From contig JAZQUX010000116.1 in NCBI GenBank assembly GCA_045631585.1, forward strand, positions 1-36,804: DNA of 36,804 bases, read 5' to 3'. The notes beneath the pieces were generated by a model that was given only the letters and a program-made list of their open reading frames with translations, did not search any database and was not told the origin of the DNA. This document shows positions 34,910 to 36,804 of this stretch, piece by piece (position 1 is the stretch's first letter; the number at the start of each line of letters is the position of its first letter). Position numbers and translations under genes: made by a program. Source of the DNA: Eubacteriales bacterium. Its GTDB lineage: Bacteria; Bacillota; Clostridia; Oscillospirales; CAG-272.

Positions 34910-35293
34910 ATGCCGATCAATGAACGAATCAAACTACTGCGTAAAACGCTAAAACTTTCGCAAACTGATTTCGGAAAGAATCTCGGTGTTAGTCGTGATG
35001 TTATCAACAATATCGACCGATCCACAGTCGAGCCGAAGCCTTTATTGCTCGAACATATCTGTGCAGTATACAACGTCAATCCCGATTGGCTGATCCATGG
35101 AACCGGCGAAATGTTCTTGGAACGTGACACTCAGGACGAAATCGCAGATTTCCTCACGCAGCTTATGTCCGACGATGATGAAAGCATCCGCAAACGCTTC
35201 ATTCTCGCACTCTCCAAGTTCGACGGCGACGACTGGGCGACGGTCGAAAAATTCATCGACAGCTTCACACAAAAAGAAAAAGACGGCGAATGA
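34910..35293 (+). CDS. CI-like repressor (XRE HTH, no S24 peptidase domain)
   Basis: INERIKLLRKTLKLSQTDFGKNLGVSR...VNPDWLIHGTGEMF; divergent from the early operon. Confidence 0.92.
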   Translation: MPINERIKLLRKTLKLSQTDFGKNLGVSRDVINNIDRSTVEPKPLLLEHICAVYNVNPDWLIHGTGEMFLERDTQDEIADFLTQLMSDDDESIRKRFILALSKFDGDDWATVEKFIDSFTQKEKDGE

Positions 35294-35310
35294 GCCGTCT
35301 TTTTTCTTTT
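35281..35310 (+). terminator. Intrinsic terminator after the repressor
   Basis: AGACGGC-gaatga-GCCGTCT followed by a T run. Confidence 0.8.
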
Positions 35311-35314
35311 GGTA

Positions 35315-35343
35315 TTGACAGTTTTTAGAATCGGTGTTATAAT
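35315..35343 (+). promoter_or_regulatory. Consensus promoter for the lysogeny-side accessory genes
   Basis: TTGACA(35315-35320)-17bp-TATAAT(35338-35343) with TG extension. Confidence 0.85.
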
Positions 35344-35370
35344 AGAATAAAACAGAAGGAAGTGAAAGAA

Positions 35371-36153
35371 ATGGGCAAGAAATTAACAGGCGCGCTTGCG
35401 ACCGCCGCAGCTGTCGGTGTGATAGCAACCGTTGGCAGTCTCCCCGAATCCAATCCGGCAGATGGTCTTTATCCTCCGCTTTCCGCTTCGAGATGCGACG
35501 GCGTACATTATTCCGAGATCGTTTCTGATTTTTCTGAGGCTGGTTTTTATAATTTCGAGTATGATGTCATCGACGATCTTGTTTTTGGCTTCCTTACAAA
35601 GGATGGCGATGTCGAGAGTGTGTCCATCAACGGCGACTTTGATTTTTCGTCGTCCACTCTGTTCCCGACTGACGCAACAGTAACGATATCATATCATACA
35701 TTCCCCGTGGAGACCACCACAGAAACGAATAATGATCCGGTTGTCTATGTCTCTGAGGGCTTCGCCGAGACCTCACCGCCTCCCGTCACCACTGCTCCGG
35801 TGCCCGAAACCAAGGCTCCCGTTGTTACGCAGGCGCCTAAACCGACAACCCCGCCTCCAGCCGCACCTGTCTCTGTGCAGACACTTGATATCATTTCTGT
35901 CACCTCCCCGATCGAAGGCGGCCAAAAGGCAACCTTAATCGCCAAAGGCAAACCAAACACCGAGTATGACATCAAAGTTGTATACAGCTCCGGCGAGAGC
36001 AAAGCAAAAGGTCTCGATAACATGGTATCTGATGCTTCAGGCAATGTCAGATGGACATGGAAGGTCGGGAACGGAACCAAGCCCGGCACATACACGATCA
36101 CCGTCAAAGGCGGCGGCGAAACCGATACGATCGAAATAACCGTCACAGAATAG
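35371..36153 (+). CDS. Exported or membrane-anchored protein with a Pro/Thr linker and a C-terminal beta-rich domain
   Basis: N-terminal MGKK plus hydrophobic helix; acidic domain; PPPVTTAPVPETKAP linker. Confidence 0.85.
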   Translation: MGKKLTGALATAAAVGVIATVGSLPESNPADGLYPPLSASRCDGVHYSEIVSDFSEAGFYNFEYDVIDDLVFGFLTKDGDVESVSINGDFDFSSSTLFPTDATVTISYHTFPVETTTETNNDPVVYVSEGFAETSPPPVTTAPVPETKAPVVTQAPKPTTPPPAAPVSVQTLDIISVTSPIEGGQKATLIAKGKPNTEYDIKVVYSSGESKAKGLDNMVSDASGNVRWTWKVGNGTKPGTYTITVKGGGETDTIEITVTE

Positions 36154-36161
36154 GAGGAATC

Positions 36162-36314
36162 ATGAAGACATTCGGATTTTCATGGAAGCGTCTGCTCGGC
36201 ATCACCACTGCCAAGCGCAAGATCGCAAAAGCAACCGGCATCCCCACCACAAAGCAAGGCCGCAAAAATAAGCGTAACGCAAAGATCGTCAAAACGCTTT
36301 TTTGTCTCAAATAA
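36162..36314 (+). CDS. Small basic protein, 50 aa
   Basis: AGGAGG RBS; FSWKRLLGITTAKRKIAKATGIPTTKQGR. Confidence 0.8.
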   Translation: MKTFGFSWKRLLGITTAKRKIAKATGIPTTKQGRKNKRNAKIVKTLFCLK

Positions 36315-36343
36315 AAAAAAGAGAGGTCAACCCTCTCTTTTTT
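36313..36343. terminator. Bidirectional terminator
   Basis: A run-GAGAGG-tcaac-CCTCTC-T run. Confidence 0.85.
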
Positions 36344-36351
36344 GTATGCCA

Positions 36352-36444
36352 TCATGCGCGAAGCAGCGCCATGACAAACTTATAGATTTTTCTCAATCTC
36401 TGATCATCGATCGTGTCGATGATATTGTGTAACATCTCCCGCAT
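36352..36444 (-). CDS. 30-aa amphipathic peptide (not in the ORF track)
   Basis: AAAGGAGG RBS; MREMLHNIIDTIDDQRLRKIYKFVMALLRA. Confidence 0.6.
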   Translation of the reverse strand: MREMLHNIIDTIDDQRLRKIYKFVMALLRA

Positions 36445-36634
36445 CGGTACGTCCTCCTTTCCGCAGAACTGTACCGATATGTCACATTCGTTGCAATCGT
36501 CGTGCCGCACCATTAAATCGGGAGAGTTTGAAACGGTTTGATCTGTCAGTAGATCTCATAGGGGAGGAGCGGAGGGGAACATGTCCGCGGCACATTGATT
36601 TTCGCCTCTTCTTTTTTAAATATTCAGAAAACTG

Positions 36635-36690
36635 TTGCTTTCCGCTGTTTTCTGTGATATAATAATATCACCAAACAAGGGAATTGTCAA
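36635..36690. promoter_or_regulatory. Integrase promoter overlapped by an opposing promoter and a palindrome (right copy)
   Basis: Plus TTGCTT(36635)-17-TATAAT(36658); minus TTGACA(36690-36685)-17-TATTAT(36667-36662); palindrome at 36654-36671. Confidence 0.7.
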
Positions 36691-36721
36691 TAGGAAAATA
36701 AAATATTTTTTGGGTGAAAAA

Positions 36722-36804
36722 ATGAACGCAGTAATATATGCGCGGTTCTCGTCCTACAACCAAACAGAACGGTCAATAGAAGGCCAGCTTGAAGATTGTA
36801 TGTC
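36722..36804 (+). CDS. int: 5' end of the serine integrase (truncated by the window edge)
   Basis: Identical to 174-256. Confidence 0.9.
   Translation, partial: MNAVIYARFSSYNQTERSIEGQLEDCM

Larger units (their letters stand above)
1..36804. mobile_element. Temperate siphophage / prophage genome (HK97-like head, long non-contractile tail)
   Basis: Integrase, repressor switch, HNH-terminase-portal-protease-capsid, tail, tape measure, holin and endolysin occur in canonical order. The sequence re-enters the integrase start at the right end. Confidence 0.97.

Overview
A near-complete or complete ~36.5 kb temperate siphophage genome of the HK97-like cos-packaging type. The host is probably a gut Clostridia member (Oscillospiraceae/Ruminococcaceae-like); this is inferred from gene content and an SLH-type endolysin. 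Left to right it carries: a large serine integrase with a candidate attP inside its 3' end; a Gly/Cys-rich three-gene accessory module; a plus-strand accessory cassette at 3230-4820; lysis genes; tail fibre, tail, head and packaging genes; a late regulator; an HUH (rolling-circle-type) Rep; an early region with PcfJ/PcfK; a cI switch with four operators; and lysogeny-side accessory genes. The window ends by re-entering the first 83 nt of the integrase. The most striking element is in the 3230-4820 cassette, which looks like an anti-CRISPR locus. It has an operator-controlled promoter, three small orphan proteins and an Aca-like HTH gene. In the middle sits a separately promoted ~95-nt RNA made of one type I-C-like CRISPR repeat, a 33-35 nt structured pseudo-spacer and a terminator, i.e. 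a candidate RNA anti-CRISPR or Cascade-hijacking guide. A built-in antiterminator appears to distinguish operon transcripts from the stand-alone RNA. All family calls are from motif recognition by eye; no searches were run.
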